A stretch of 63,979 bases of DNA, filler included, from Folioceros fuciformis (lineage: Eukaryota): assembly GCA_049999805.1 (NCBI GenBank). It is 9 parts of 9 records of this genome, joined end to end, with 100 filler letters (N's around TTAATTAATTAA, not from the genome) between each part and the next. Parts side by side here need not be neighbours in the genome. Positions count along the whole stretch, not along the records: positions 21,751 to 35,880 come from JBNGIO010002213.1; positions 35,981 to 44,468 come from JBNGIO010002214.1; 7 more parts are not named here. The stretch is one strand, 5' to 3'. Below the pieces are notes generated by a model. It saw only the letters and a list, made by a program, of their open reading frames with translations. It was not told where the DNA came from and did no database searches. The position numbers and the translations under genes were made by a program. Position 1 is the first letter of the stretch. Every line of letters begins with the position of its first letter. This document shows positions 25,126 through 37,419 of the stretch, piece by piece.

Positions 25126-25483
25126 CGCTGGAATCCCGCAGAATGAAACAACCAGATACCAGAATCAAGTATGTACGGACTAATATGGAGTGACGACATG
25201 CTCCACACTTCCCGACTCTGTCCACGACGCTCTTTAAACTGCGACCCTTCGTAATCCCGCAATTTGTTCCACTCAACTCTTGGATGCGCTGAGTATCACG
25301 ATTCCCAATTCCTCCCGGTGCACTTTCTGCTTCGCCGACGTCGACTTGGCCAGGCCCGCATTACACTGGCGATAGACACACATTCTCACACGCAGCTCTG
25401 CACGCCTGTTGTTTTGCTGGGTGGAAGCGATTTGCTGCGCCATGCAGTCATTGCAGGGCTCTAGTACACGTCGCCTCGCCGCC

Positions 25484-27886
25484 ATGGGCACAACTCTGAG
25501 AGCTTTGCTCCGACAATCGTGCTGTCCTGGGCTCAGCTCAATCAGAAATGTGCGAACAACGCGACTCGTTGCTCCCCAGCGAGCAGTAGCAAGACGAAAA
25601 CCGTGTTTGCTCTCAGCTAGATCAGCTGTTGGAGGGCCTGCTCATTCAGCCTCGGTAAGAGCTGGGTACGTTGTTCAGCTATCGCTCCTACCTGATCATT
25701 TGTCAAGCCGCCATTCCGTGACAAGTGATCACCTGCCTGTAGGTTGATTTGGCAGGAACACAAATGGCTCGGTTCGTCGATGGCATTTTGGGTGTAGAGC
25801 AAGAGGATGGAGATGGGAAAGCCTCTGCATCATCACAGATTATTTTCCTGGGGTCAGGCACGAGTGAGGGAGTTCCTCGGGTCAGTTGTCTGACAAACAA
25901 GCAAAAGAAATGCCCGGTGCGTTGCTAGCTTCTACTCATTCATTGTGGAGCTGCACGACCACATCCATGACTACCCTGCTTTTGTACTTATCGCTCAACT
26001 GTCTAATTGGAAAGACAGGTGTGCTGGGCAGCGGTGAAACCTGGGAACAAGAATAGGCGTCGAAATACAAGCCTCATGGTGCAATATGTCTCTGCAGATG
26101 GCACCAAATTCAACATTCTCATAGATGCTGGCAAGTACGAACCAATTTGATTCATCTCAAGTTGGTTAGTCGGGCAGTTTGTTTTTTTGGGTCTCCAATT
26201 TCGGAGGGCCCTCCAAAAGTTCGGGCTCACTACACAAGTTTCACTTACTGGTCTTGGCATTGCGCTGAACTTCTTTATGCAGGTTCTTCTATCACAGTGC
26301 TCTCCAGTGGTTCCCCTACTATGGGTGTGTCCTCTGTTTTTCCCCCTCCCGATGCTCCGAACAGCATCTGAGAATACATTTCGAATTGGACGAAGGATCT
26401 ACACTGACCAGCACTTGATCGTAATGCAGGATACGCAATCTGGATTCTGTAATTATAACTCATTCTCACGCAGATGCAGTCGGTGGTATGGTGGTGTTTA
26501 TGCCAGCATGCTCCTATTCTCTGCCTTTCATGCTGGCTACAAATTCTGTTTGTTGTGCCGTGGATGTGGAATTCTATGGTTGATTCAGTGTGCACAATGT
26601 CGTACCAGGACTGGATGATTTAAGGGATTGGACGAATAATGTGCAGAGTTCCATCCCCATATATGTCACTCAGAAAGATGTTGAGGTCAGAGATTCGTAT
26701 CTAGTCACCTGTATCATGGACCTGTGCATCGCTCTCATTCCAAGCTTGTTTTCCGGCTGTTCAACCTCTTTTTGCTGCTGGTCTCATGTGGGATGGGCCA
26801 GGTTCTTGCAAAAACCCATTTCTACTTGGTGGATACAACTGTGATTACAGCCGGTACTGCTGTATCTAAATTGCAATTTAAGCTTATTGATGAGAAACCT
26901 TTTAATGTGCATGGACTTGAAGTAAGTGTATGGAAAGTTGTCATACAACTGGAGGTTCATTTTAAGAGTCGTCAGTTGTTTTCATATCAATGCTTGCTGA
27001 CGACATTCATGGATTGCTGTGGAACAGGTTATACCGCTGCCAGTTTGGCATGGGCCTGGATATCGTTCCCTTGGCTTTCGCATGGGAAACGTCTGTTACA
27101 TCAGGTAGCTGCATATCTCTCGTAAGTATAACGTAGCAGCGAGCCTTTGAAAGATTAGATTCAAAACTTTTGGTTGGTGCAGCGACGTAAGTGAGATCCC
27201 ACAGGAGACTTACCCACTATTGCAGAACTGTGACATTTTGATACTGGTACGTTTTCTCATTGTCTGAAGGCCGTTATCGTTCATTTGTTGAGTGTGCTCG
27301 GGTTGTACCAGTAACGAGAGTAAATTTGTTGCTACCGTGTCCCTGCTTGGGTCCCTCGCTCATTTTTGGGCTTCTTTCATACGTGCTGTGCAAGAATAAT
27401 CCTGCTCACGTCCGATCTATGTCGTCTGCAGGATGCTCTTAGACCAGATAGGTCAAGCGTTTCACATTTCGGTGTACCACAGGTGAGGTCCGCTTGAAGA
27501 ACAAGTCCGTCGTCCATTTGGTTCATCCGCTTTTTTGGTTCTACTGCCCCTCCTTGTAAGACAAGCGATTCTGGCGCACACAGTGTAACCACCACCGTTT
27601 CTTTTGTAACAGGCCTTGAGAGAAATCCGAAAAATTCGTCCCAAACGGGCTCTCCTGACAGGTAAGGAGTATCACTGTGCAAGAACTGAACGGATAGGTA
27701 CGTCCTCATGCTGTTCCAAACACGGTGCGGTTGTTGGGGCAACGGTTGACTGAAGTTTTCTTGGCAGGGATGATGCACACCATGGACCATGACGGCATAA
27801 ATCGGCAGCTTGCACCGCTCCTGACCCGAGAGGGTATTGATGTCCAGCTGAGCTATGATGGAATGCGGATTCAGGTGCCTCTGTAG
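25484..27886 (+). CDS. PhnP-like metallo-beta-lactamase-fold hydrolase with probable transit peptide, multi-exon
   Basis: IIFLGSGTSEGVPRVSC, NRRRNTS, ILIDAGK, THSHADAVGGLDDLR, LPVWHG, YISDVSEIP, ILILDAL, HFG, GMMHTMDH, LSYDGMRI; stop 27884-27886. Confidence 0.92.
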
Positions 27887-28049
27887 CTCAAACGGCCATG
27901 TGCTCTGAGCCATCTACGATGTCCGCCCTCCATGCAGGTTCAGACACGGCGTTTTGTGCCCATTCTTGTACAAATTAACTTAAAATTTCAGCGCTCACCT
28001 TCCACGGGTGACAGTCCTGTTCCATGTCAAACAGTTCCCTTTGTTCACC

Positions 28050-31000
28050 CTATTTCTTTGACGAGGAAGCTGTTCCATGGACGGCGGCGGTAGTTTCAGG
28101 GTCTGCCGAGGGAGGTGGGTTTTTTGGCCTTGTGTACCCTGGTCTCCCGATGTTGATTGCCCAGTCAGCTGCTTCAGCCTCAGCCTTCTTGGCCAGCAAC
28201 TCTAAAGCCTTGGCCTCAGGGCTGCCTGGTAGAGGTGGGGATGGCTCGATTTTCCTGAGGAGAATGGACGCAAGATATGCCTTCTTCTCTGCATAAGTGG
28301 TGTATGGAGGCTTCCATACACCAGCCTTCTTGAATACCTTGGTCAGGAAAGTGCGCAGGAAAGCCTGCTCGGATACCCGCACAGGAAGTGTCATCCTGTA
28401 CAGGCGATGAGAAGCTGCAAGCAGGAACTGCAAGAACAAGGATGGAATCAATACGCGCATAAGAACACAATATCTGCTCCAGCAAAAGAATATGCTTGGA
28501 GAAAAAAAGACTTAAGAAACTAAAAAGAAAAGATCATGACTACCCGTCGAAGCTCTTCAACACCGAATGCTAGAATAGGCCGTTCCTCTGTGTTGTCGCT
28601 GGGCTTCTGCGCGCACACTCAAAACTTAGTCTCACCGGTGGACAACAAGAAACATCCGCACTGTCTGCCTGAGCGAATACGCACCACAGCAGTATCAAAC
28701 GCGTAGCATATGAGAAGTGCAAGTGCCGGAGGGTCCCAGTGATCTCCGACGACGAGCCATTTCTGTTTAGTTGACAGAAAACCAGTTATTACTGTACTGT
28801 CGCTGCAAACCCAATGAAAGACAACTACATCTGAGAAGATACTATGTCGGGCAGTCTGCGCCTTTCCATACATACATAAAACCAGTGAGTTAGACCAGAC
28901 CTTGAAGTGTGGCACCATATACTTGAGAAGCACGTATTTGGGAGGTGGGCCTAAAGCATCCTTTGGGTGACACGAACTAAGGCAAGTTTGCAGCAGCTCC
29001 TCATTGTCTTCCAGCACCACCTACACAGAATGACATGCTGTCAGCAGTAAACTTCAATGTGCAAAAAAACCATCTACTAAGCTGATAGGGAAGACAAGGA
29101 CTCATGACCATTGACAGAGGAACATCGCATTGCCTCAAGCTGTCCACTTCCTTTGTCACCGATTTAAGAAACTTCGGAAGGAGGATGTGCTCAACAAGAT
29201 GTGCCACCTATGTCAATCCAGCACGAGAGAGCACCTTACTGCTCACAGAATATGGAGAGAAATAAACCACGTGAGTCCTTGACCACACATTGTTCTACCT
29301 TCTCAGAAAGATTGCACAGCTCTCCATCACCACCCAGACATTTCAATCCCTCCAAGTACCCAATCTCAAAATAATCATCATCGTGAATGTAAAGCGCTGC
29401 ACAGAGCTCAAGCTGGAATTGATGAATACAGACACCAAATCTACCTGGATTCAAACTGACTGTACCACGAAGTTTCATTGCACAGAGATCAACGCTGTTA
29501 CCACAAGACAGCAGTACAAGTACGGGGAAAAAGCCAAATGAAGTGAGCTGGAAGTCTCCCTTCCGCTTTTTGCTCAGCACTACTTTCAGAAAACAGTTTC
29601 TGACATGGTCCTCTGCAGCGGAAAGCAAAGACATTACACATCACGCACAAGCAGGACTTGAGCCCTGTAAACCGATGTTGGCATGAGCTTGCTGGCATGC
29701 ATCAACAAGTAATGTGTTCACTGAAGCCTAATCACCAAGCCTAATCGTTCATAATCTAGTGGACCAGGAATGGAGAGCTTGCCTCTTAAGGTAGATGGCG
29801 GTATTTGCAAATCATGGAAAATCTGAGTGAATTGATCCTAAAAGGAATAAGCAGAAGAGGTCATAATCTTGAACAGATGAAACTTTATGTCTGAAGTACA
29901 TCATGGACCACCTAAAGATGACCACGTAGCGATTGCCATTCAGGTGGATATACAATGTTAAGAACACCAAAATCTTTGCTTTCGAGTTCCTTTCCTTGAG
30001 CTGAATACCATATAATAAACAGTTGCAAGCTTCCTGCGGGGAAACAAGAGCATCTCTTCTTCAACTCGACATCTAGGGTCAGGCACACAATATCTTACCA
30101 AACATGCAGATATTTACTTGAGTGATGAGCCAAGTGTTCCTTTATGACTATTAACTCATCCTCCATGTACTCCTCCTCCCTCTCTCCTGCATGAGCTCTG
30201 ATAACATTGTCGAGCCTGTATTTTCCCCAGTCTACAAGGAAATCAAAATGTCAAAACAGCTGGCTGGGAGTAAGAATCCAACAACTCAACTCAGCTCCCG
30301 ATGAGTCTCTGCCAAGTACCATACATGAATCCTTCTAAAGCCAGTGAAGCTTACTAAGCGTTGATAGACTGTCGAAGGGTGCTCTGAAAACTTCGTCCCA
30401 ATCTCGTGGGATGTATACTGTCTCCGATATAAACGGCTGTCCATCTGGCAGCAGCAGAGGCACTGGTTCCCCTTCTGGTCCAACAAGCGGGAAGGGAAGT
30501 CCATCAGGATCGAGGAGAGGTATTGGGATGTGGCGCGGAAAGGAAAGCCTATAAGCCGAAAGTTGTCCATCTGTGCCGACAACTGCAATGGGTTCTCCCT
30601 CTGGTCCTGTCAAATTAATTGGTTGCCCATCTAAGCCAAGAACCGGAAGAGCAACCGGGGCAGGAGGAACAGGGTCCTCCATTCCTTGGCCAGGATCCGG
30701 AGCAACTGCACAGAATTTTATGCGATTTTCAGCACATCGAAAAGGGGCAAATGACAACATCGACTTGTCAAGGAAGACCAAACATGTGCACACCTGAGGG
30801 TTTGTCCGATTCCCTGAACTCTTGAACAGAAGGGGCACCGGCAAACCTAACTCTAGGTTCTCTCGTTGTCCCCTGCTTGTTCACACCTTCAGGAGGGCTT
30901 AGAATGCTTGATCCGGATCTGGAATCTCTTTCAATGTTCTTATCTTGGTTTGCAACAGAAGGCTCTTCTTCAACATGTTCTTCTGGAGGAGAGTCAATGA

Positions 31001-32147
31001 CATCGCCTTCCTCGTTGGCAATCTCATCCTCCTCTAGTTTCTCATTCACAATAACTACTCTTTCTTGCTGCAGACACCCAGATAGCATGAACAGCCCATT
31101 AACAGAGAAAGAAAGACCTACAGAGTCAGGAGTTGCACACTTGCAAATGCCGTACCAGCTCAACAATCCTCCTGAGGAGCGCTTCTGTGTCCACCTCACC
31201 TGGAGGAGCAAGTTCAGGGCGTTTAAGATGAGAGTGTGACATTGTATCCCATAAATAACCCATCGTCTCCCAAAGACTGCCATGGAACAGACTTCGCTTC
31301 CTGGTTCTGACCAAGAGAGAACATAATAGAGGTGGCCCGCTTTATGATGGTTTTCAGAGCTTCCATGCTTGTATAATCCTCCGGGGGAGTTGCCTCCCAG
31401 GCCTCTGTGAATGCCAACGGTCCATCTGGACACGGCAGAATGTTGCACAGGTAAGACAGGGCCAAAAAATCCAAATCAGCAGTGAGGCACAACTACAGCA
31501 TGCCAGAAAATCGTTCAAGGCCAGAAAGCTGCGTGTCTCACTTGAAAATTCTACGTCCAACGTAGGGTTCTGATCTTTCAAAAGCTTGCAAATAATCTTG
31601 TCCGGATTCAAAACCTTTCCATCCTGCCGGGGCATGCAACTTTAGCTCCCTGTGCGAAACCTGAACTTCCTAGCTGAGAATAGACCGCATTGGGAATTTT
31701 ACTTTATTTTTCACTGCCTGAGGAACAAATTTAGAGGTCGCATCTCCTGGTGGGGTCAAGTACAAACCATGATCAGTACACAGAAAAGCATAAAGCAGCG
31801 CTCGCTTCAAGACTGGGGTGAGCCATGGCACCGACCTTGCAGGAACGCCAAGTGTGAACAGGCAGCGAAACCCAACCAGCGAAGGCTCTGATGTCCATCT
31901 CCGCATGGAACCGGAACCGACCAAGATAGTGAGGTAGGATCTGGCAGCTCCCCAGGCTGCATCATCTGCCTTAGAACAACCTAGCAGAACATAAAAGAGT
32001 CTTCTGTAAATTGTGAACTAAGTGAGTTGGACTGGAGACGGAGGAGTTCAACGGCGTGCCACTAACGTTGACAACCCACTTGCATCGCTGTGGAGATGGC
32101 GTGGTACTAGCAGGCTCATCGACGGACGCGGGTGGTTCGGCCTGCAT
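28050..32147 (-). CDS. Uncharacterised large multi-exon gene (possibly two genes or partly decayed); exon structure unresolved
   Basis: Series of protein-like minus-strand segments bounded by GT/AG sites; acidic segment, GPDG-type repeat exon, terminal exon ending SSSKK* at 28050; no family recognised; start at 32147 tentative. Confidence 0.55.
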
Positions 32148-33075
32148 TTCGATTCTTTTAGCAATCTTTCGGCATTAATTTTCATTCGTTGGTAGTCTCA
32201 TCTGTTTCGACCATCTCGATCAAACAACATCCAGGCCCAATGAGATCAATTCATAACAGGACAAGCCCATCTCATCCCGCGCATTTGGGGCTCCCGCCCA
32301 CGCCTTCCCTGGGAAGAAACACATCGTTTAACACGTCACATTACACAGTTAGACAATATTAAATACTATATATCAAACTAGGTCCACTCCGCACAGAAAT
32401 TAAATTCACCTACCTAATAAGCCTGTCTAAGGAAACTCTTAAGGACAAGGTGGCTTACAAGTCTATTATGATAACCCGCCTTTCGAAACCAATTGAATAT
32501 AAGGTAATAATTAATATTTATAAAAAAGAGTTTAGTAAAGTTACACATGAATGAAGTAAAGAAGGAAGGAGAATATATTCATTTTTTTAATTTATGAATA
32601 AAATATCTTGATTATTTTAAATAAAAATAATCTTGATAAATAAGAATACTTGAAAACATGTGAACGAGAAACCAAGGTTCTTGTATTAAGGTGTACTTTT
32701 AATTGAAAGAAGAGAATATTTCATAATTATTATATACTTACTATAAAATAATATAAAACAAAGATTAAACTAATTGAAGTATGTAAAGGAGGAGTAGACA
32801 AAGTAGAACATGGCAGTTATGTACTGACGGAGAGTAAAGCCGTTGTTAGCAGCCCATTCAAGAAAGCGCAACCAAGCCCTCAAAGTGGCTGGTAACATAG
32901 GGAGTAGGGGAATAAAATACAAAGTGGCTAATAATACTATTAAAAAAATAGTAGGCGGTGTACTTTAGTGTAGTTTTGGGATATGAAGAGCACAATAATG
33001 CGCAGCGCAGCTACCTGTATGGAAGCGAAGCGCATGGGCATGAAAAGCAGAGAAATTGCGAGCAGTGAACAGTAT

Positions 33076-33190
33076 GGTCTGGTCTAGTCTACTCTAGTCT
33101 AGTCCAGTCCAGTCCAGTCCAGTCCAGTCCAGGCCAGTCCAGGCCAGTCCAGGCCAGGCCAGTCCAGTCCAGCCCCGTCCAGTCCAGCCC
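33076..33190. repeat. Pentanucleotide microsatellite (GTCTA/GTCCA/GGCCA variants)
   Basis: Directly visible, about 20 units. Confidence 0.9.
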
Positions 33191-33436
33191 GGCTGAATGG
33201 AGGCTTGGGCCGGCAGACCTAAGGCTGGAATAACTGCCGTGAGGCCCGGCTTCAACCGCCTTTGTCGCCGTTCGCCGCGCTCTCGATCTCGCGATTGTTC
33301 CCGGGGAGCGGTCACAGGGAACAGCACATGAATGTGAAAGAAAGCTCGGAAACCAGGAGAGGAGGAGCTGGATGTGTCATCTCCAGACTCTGAACTGAGC
33401 TGAAAGGAGGAAGAAAATTCCAAGAGCAAGATCGAA

Positions 33437-35005
33437 ATGGCTGTGGTTGGGAATGGCCACCGAGGGGAGAAGCCGTGGGAATCCGCAGGGCGGGGCACTA
33501 CAGCTGGCCGCTTGCTGTTCTCGCTGTACAATGGCTGCGCAGAAGCGCGCCAGAAAGGCAACGAATACTCACTGCAAAACAAAATTGAAATCCTGCGGCG
33601 TCTCGCGAACAAGGATGCCAATCCAGGTTACGAGTCCGCAACCGCACCCGACGCACGCGATCAGAAGAGTGTGTCATGTGCATCGTGTGTGGACGCAAAA
33701 CTTTGCTGAGGGTTTGAAAGTTGATTTTGGCGTTGTGACAGATACCAGGTTTTACAGACCGCCGCCCAAGGTACAGGAGGCCTGCAGGCCAATATTGAAT
33801 TACGTTTTGAACGATGCATGGCAGGTGGGCCGGAGTCTGAGATGAGCATAGGCATGGGATGGGGCAGAAACCCGTGGTCAAAGTGCCCAAGTTCAGAATC
33901 AAGCGGCCAGAATTTGATGAAATGCTGGAGTACCGTGCGTATCGGCATGGCAAAAGAAATGCAGCCATGATTGTGGAGAAGATGAGGGAGGACTACAGCA
34001 ATATGGGACCTCCGCCCCTGCCCTCCAGTGAGTAGTACACCGGCTAGCAGCCAGCAGCTAGGGCAGCTCACAGCCAGCTTTGTTTAGCTCAGCTCAAGGT
34101 GAGCACACTCTATGTTGCTGCTGAGCAAACTAGGGTTTGGGATGGTGTGCCAGAACCACCCATCGGTCCCAAGGAGAAAGAGAGGCTGCAGAAGATTATG
34201 GAATGGGCTGGTCGTGATTTCAAGGTGTGGCTCTCACAGCTGTGACATAGATATCCGCGGTACAATACCACCTTTGTGGTTCGGATTGCTTCTTTGCTAC
34301 CTTCCTTGCTCATGTACGACAGGAATCGGACGTGAAAGTGAGAGAACCACCGCGACGGATCGTGAAGGGGTCGATTGAGGATCACGAGATACTCCTGAAC
34401 AAGAGTACGCTCACTGTACATGTCTCCAATAGCAGCTACAGGACGGACCATCAGCTGGCGATGAGAAGGAGCTGGCGCCATAGCTTGCGAGAACTGACCG
34501 TGTAAATCTTGCAGTTGCGGGAGAGATATCAGAGCGTGAGGTATTTCTAAGGGACATGATGCAGCTGGGGAGGCTGGACAGATATCAAGACCAAATTCTG
34601 CGGGAGATTGACGAGGTAGGTTTTTAGCCTCGTGTATTGTGCTCGCATGTGGAAACCTGAAAGCTTCAGTGCCCATGCTGTCATGCCATGGCAAAGTAAG
34701 GTAAGGTAAGGCTTGCTTTCCTGTCGTGAGCTGCGCATTCGACGCCGATTCACAAGGTCTCGCACACAGCGATCCACACTTTTCCAATAAAGTGATGATT
34801 TTTGGAAGCCATGGACCGTTGCGCTCCGACGGTGGCCACAATTTTGACCCAGTGTGTCGTGTTTTGGTTTGGGAAACGTTGACAGAGGGTGAAGCAGATG
34901 AAGCTGCTGCACGAAACTATCCAGCAGCAGGAACAAGCACAAATTGCCCGCTCTCTGATGTCCCGGAATCCACAAGCGACTAAAGCACTCCAGCCTGGGA
35001 GCTAG
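33437..35005 (+). CDS. UPF0193/EVG1 (C22orf23)-like protein, multi-exon
   Basis: Spliced segments KEKERLQKIMEW, AGEISEREVFLRDMMQLGRLDRYQDQILREIDE|RVKQMKLLH resemble the EVG1 C-terminal pattern EIxERxxFLxDMxxLG...IxxEIxxxxxxM; stop 35003-35005. Confidence 0.75.
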
Positions 35006-35880
35006 GTAGTTAGCTCGTTGCAGGGATAGAGAGTTGTTCAACAAGTCGGTAGATTCCATATAATAAGCAAATAGGTGGTTAACAAGAAGCGAACAAGACG
35101 AGTTGGCTAAGTTTTTACCACATTGGTCCTTGGAATTGCACTTGAAAGATGCTGACCGTTCCTCCTCCTTGAGGAAGGCCTTCCAATGCCGTGCCGGTCG
35201 TGATATGAGAAACGAGAATGAAAAGAGAGCAGATCCTGGGCCGGGACCGGGGCCGGAATTGGTGGTTCAGGTGTTACGTGTGCGTCGGTTCCCCAGGCGA
35301 AGATCCGGCCCTGTAATTGCCAGCGGCAGGAAGGGAGCGGGCACGCTTGTTGATGAGAAAGCTACGTTCCTCACCAAAATCGGAATCCGCCCTTGGAGCA
35401 GCGGGAGAATGATACGGGGAAGCCGAATCTAATACGTAGCGCGTAGCGCGTGCCTTGAACGTCGGGCCGATTGGACATTGGGGGCTTCTCATGACTGGTG
35501 ATTTGAGGCAGCAGCAGCAACAGGATCTGGAGTTGAGAGGAAGCAAGCAAGCATCGGCCGCACAGCCGCCCACATCCCTCCAAAGTTTTGCAGCTGCTGG
35601 TTCCTCCTGTCCTGGAGTGCCCAGGCCTGGCCTAGCCTGCCCTGCCCTAGTTTCACTCACCTGCACTTGCCCCAAGACAGCGGTATTGTTGTTCCAACTA
35701 AGTTCCAAGCTCAAAGCACAAGATGTTTCAACACTGTTACTCAATTCCAGCGACAGGAGGACTGATATCGGCCCAGGTGCTGCCCCACTGCTTGACCACA
35801 CTCCGAGCTCCTACTTGAATGCGGTGCTCGGCTGCCCATCACCCATTAACGACCTTCAACTTGGTCTCCCTCTCCTCCTC

Positions 35881-35980
35881 NNNNNNNNNNNNNNNNNNNN
35901 NNNNNNNNNNNNNNNNNNNNNNNNTTAATTAATTAANNNNNNNNNNNNNNNNNNNNNNNNNNNNNNNNNNNNNNNNNNNN
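35881..35980. other. Artificial contig-joining spacer
   Basis: N44-TTAATTAATTAA-N44. Confidence 0.98.
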
Positions 35981-36850
35981 CTTGTCACACTTGATCTGAA
36001 AGGAACCATCGGCCTTCAGGAACACATATGCTGGCGGGCACCCCAAAACTTGAGTCACCTAATTCTCCAACTCCTCCATAGAAGGGGGGCCACCGGACAA
36101 GAACCGCCCCACAACAGATCTAGTAGCAAGATTGTCTCCTTCCTTTGTGGGGGTATGAAGGGGCTTTAGGCCACCCTCATGGAAAAGCATTATGGGTAAG
36201 AGTTGCAAGTCCTCCTGCTAGATTCCTCTATTGACAAGTAGGCCCAAGCACGCCTTCGATCTTGTTTGCAAAAGGGCGCTGGCTCTTAGCTATTGGCCCG
36301 TCTATGCATCCAGGCTTTCCAAATCACACCAACTTCTTTCTCTACTGCAATGAGGTTCCGCCTTGGCTTGGTCCAACCGTTGACCTGGTCCCTCTCTCTC
36401 TTCTTGTAATTGTGGGGTCCTCTTCGACGACCCTAGGAGCAACCTAGCGTGTTGCTCTATCGACGGGCAACGCATCGACACCCATAATGCAGTGAGGGAT
36501 GTTATGTTTTCTTTGGCCAAGGAGGGTGGTTGCTTCCTCTACAAGGAGCGCCTATATACCCTGCTCAACAACATCTCCCTCATTGCAGACCTTTCCCTAA
36601 CCAAGGGGGACCAGGTTTCTATGGCGGATGTGGTTGTCACACAGACCCCACTTGGACAAACATCAGCGAGCACATCATTATCCACCCCCCGGGTTGGGCG
36701 GCAGAGGGAAGTGCAATAAGAAAGACTTGCAAGTACAGGCCCATGTAGCAGGGTCACTTGTTCATCCCCCTTGATATTGAAACGCACAAGGCCATGGGTA
36801 AGGATATTTCCAGGTTTTTGAAGACCTGCGTGAAGGCCCATCACGTTGGT
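35981..36850 (+). mobile_element. Degenerate 3' end of a CRE-like non-LTR retrotransposon (Zn knuckle plus restriction-like endonuclease)
   Basis: Across frames: KGAGS*LL, FSTAMRFRLGL, SCNCG..D, CCSIDGQRIDTHNAVRDVM, IADLSL..ADVVV, AAEGSAIRKTCKY, FIPLDIETH..GKDISRFL. Confidence 0.75.
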
Positions 36851-37185
36851 AGGAGTAGCATGGGGCTTCCCCTATCTGGCATGGTGGCATTTTTCCGGCA
36901 ATAGGTTTCGATTGTGCTGCAAAAGGCCTTAGCAACTGTGATTTTTCAGACAACATTAAGTGTGGCGGATGCGGCTTCAGCGGCCCTGGTGGTAAGTAGG
37001 CCATACCTGTACCTGAATACGACATCTTGGGAGCGATAGGGAGCTATAGGCTAGGCAGACGAGGGGGCTAGGGTTTAGGGTTTAGGCCCCCCATTCTTGG
37101 CTTTTCCCCATGGTGGGTTGTTATCATTGTTTTTTTTATGCCCATGATGACTATAGCAATTGAAGAGATGAATACTTGGCTTCGA

Positions 37186-37393
37186 CATAGAGCTTGGTGG
37201 ATATATCCTTGTCAAATAGCATTGTGGAAGGGCTCTAGCATAGAGCCTTGTGGAATTATCCTCGTCAAATAGTGTTAAGGAGGGGCTCCAACGTAGAGCC
37301 TAGTAGAAACATCCTCGTCAAATAGCATTATGGAGGGGCTCCACAACATAGAGCCTAGTGGAAATATCCTCGTCAAATACCATTATAGAGGGA
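37186..37393. repeat. Minisatellite, four copies of ~53 bp
   Basis: CATAGAGCC..GTGGA...ATCCTCGTCAAATAG...GAGGGGCTC units start at 37186, 37239, 37292, 37347. Confidence 0.9.
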
Positions 37394-37419
37394 TGTGCAC
37401 ATGACAACTTGGCATAAGG

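Noticed and set aside
35100..35880. ORFs on both strands downstream of EVG1
   Set aside because: No consistent splice model or recognisable domain
37069..37085. Telomere or interstitial telomeric array
   Set aside because: Only about 2.5 TTTAGGG units; too short
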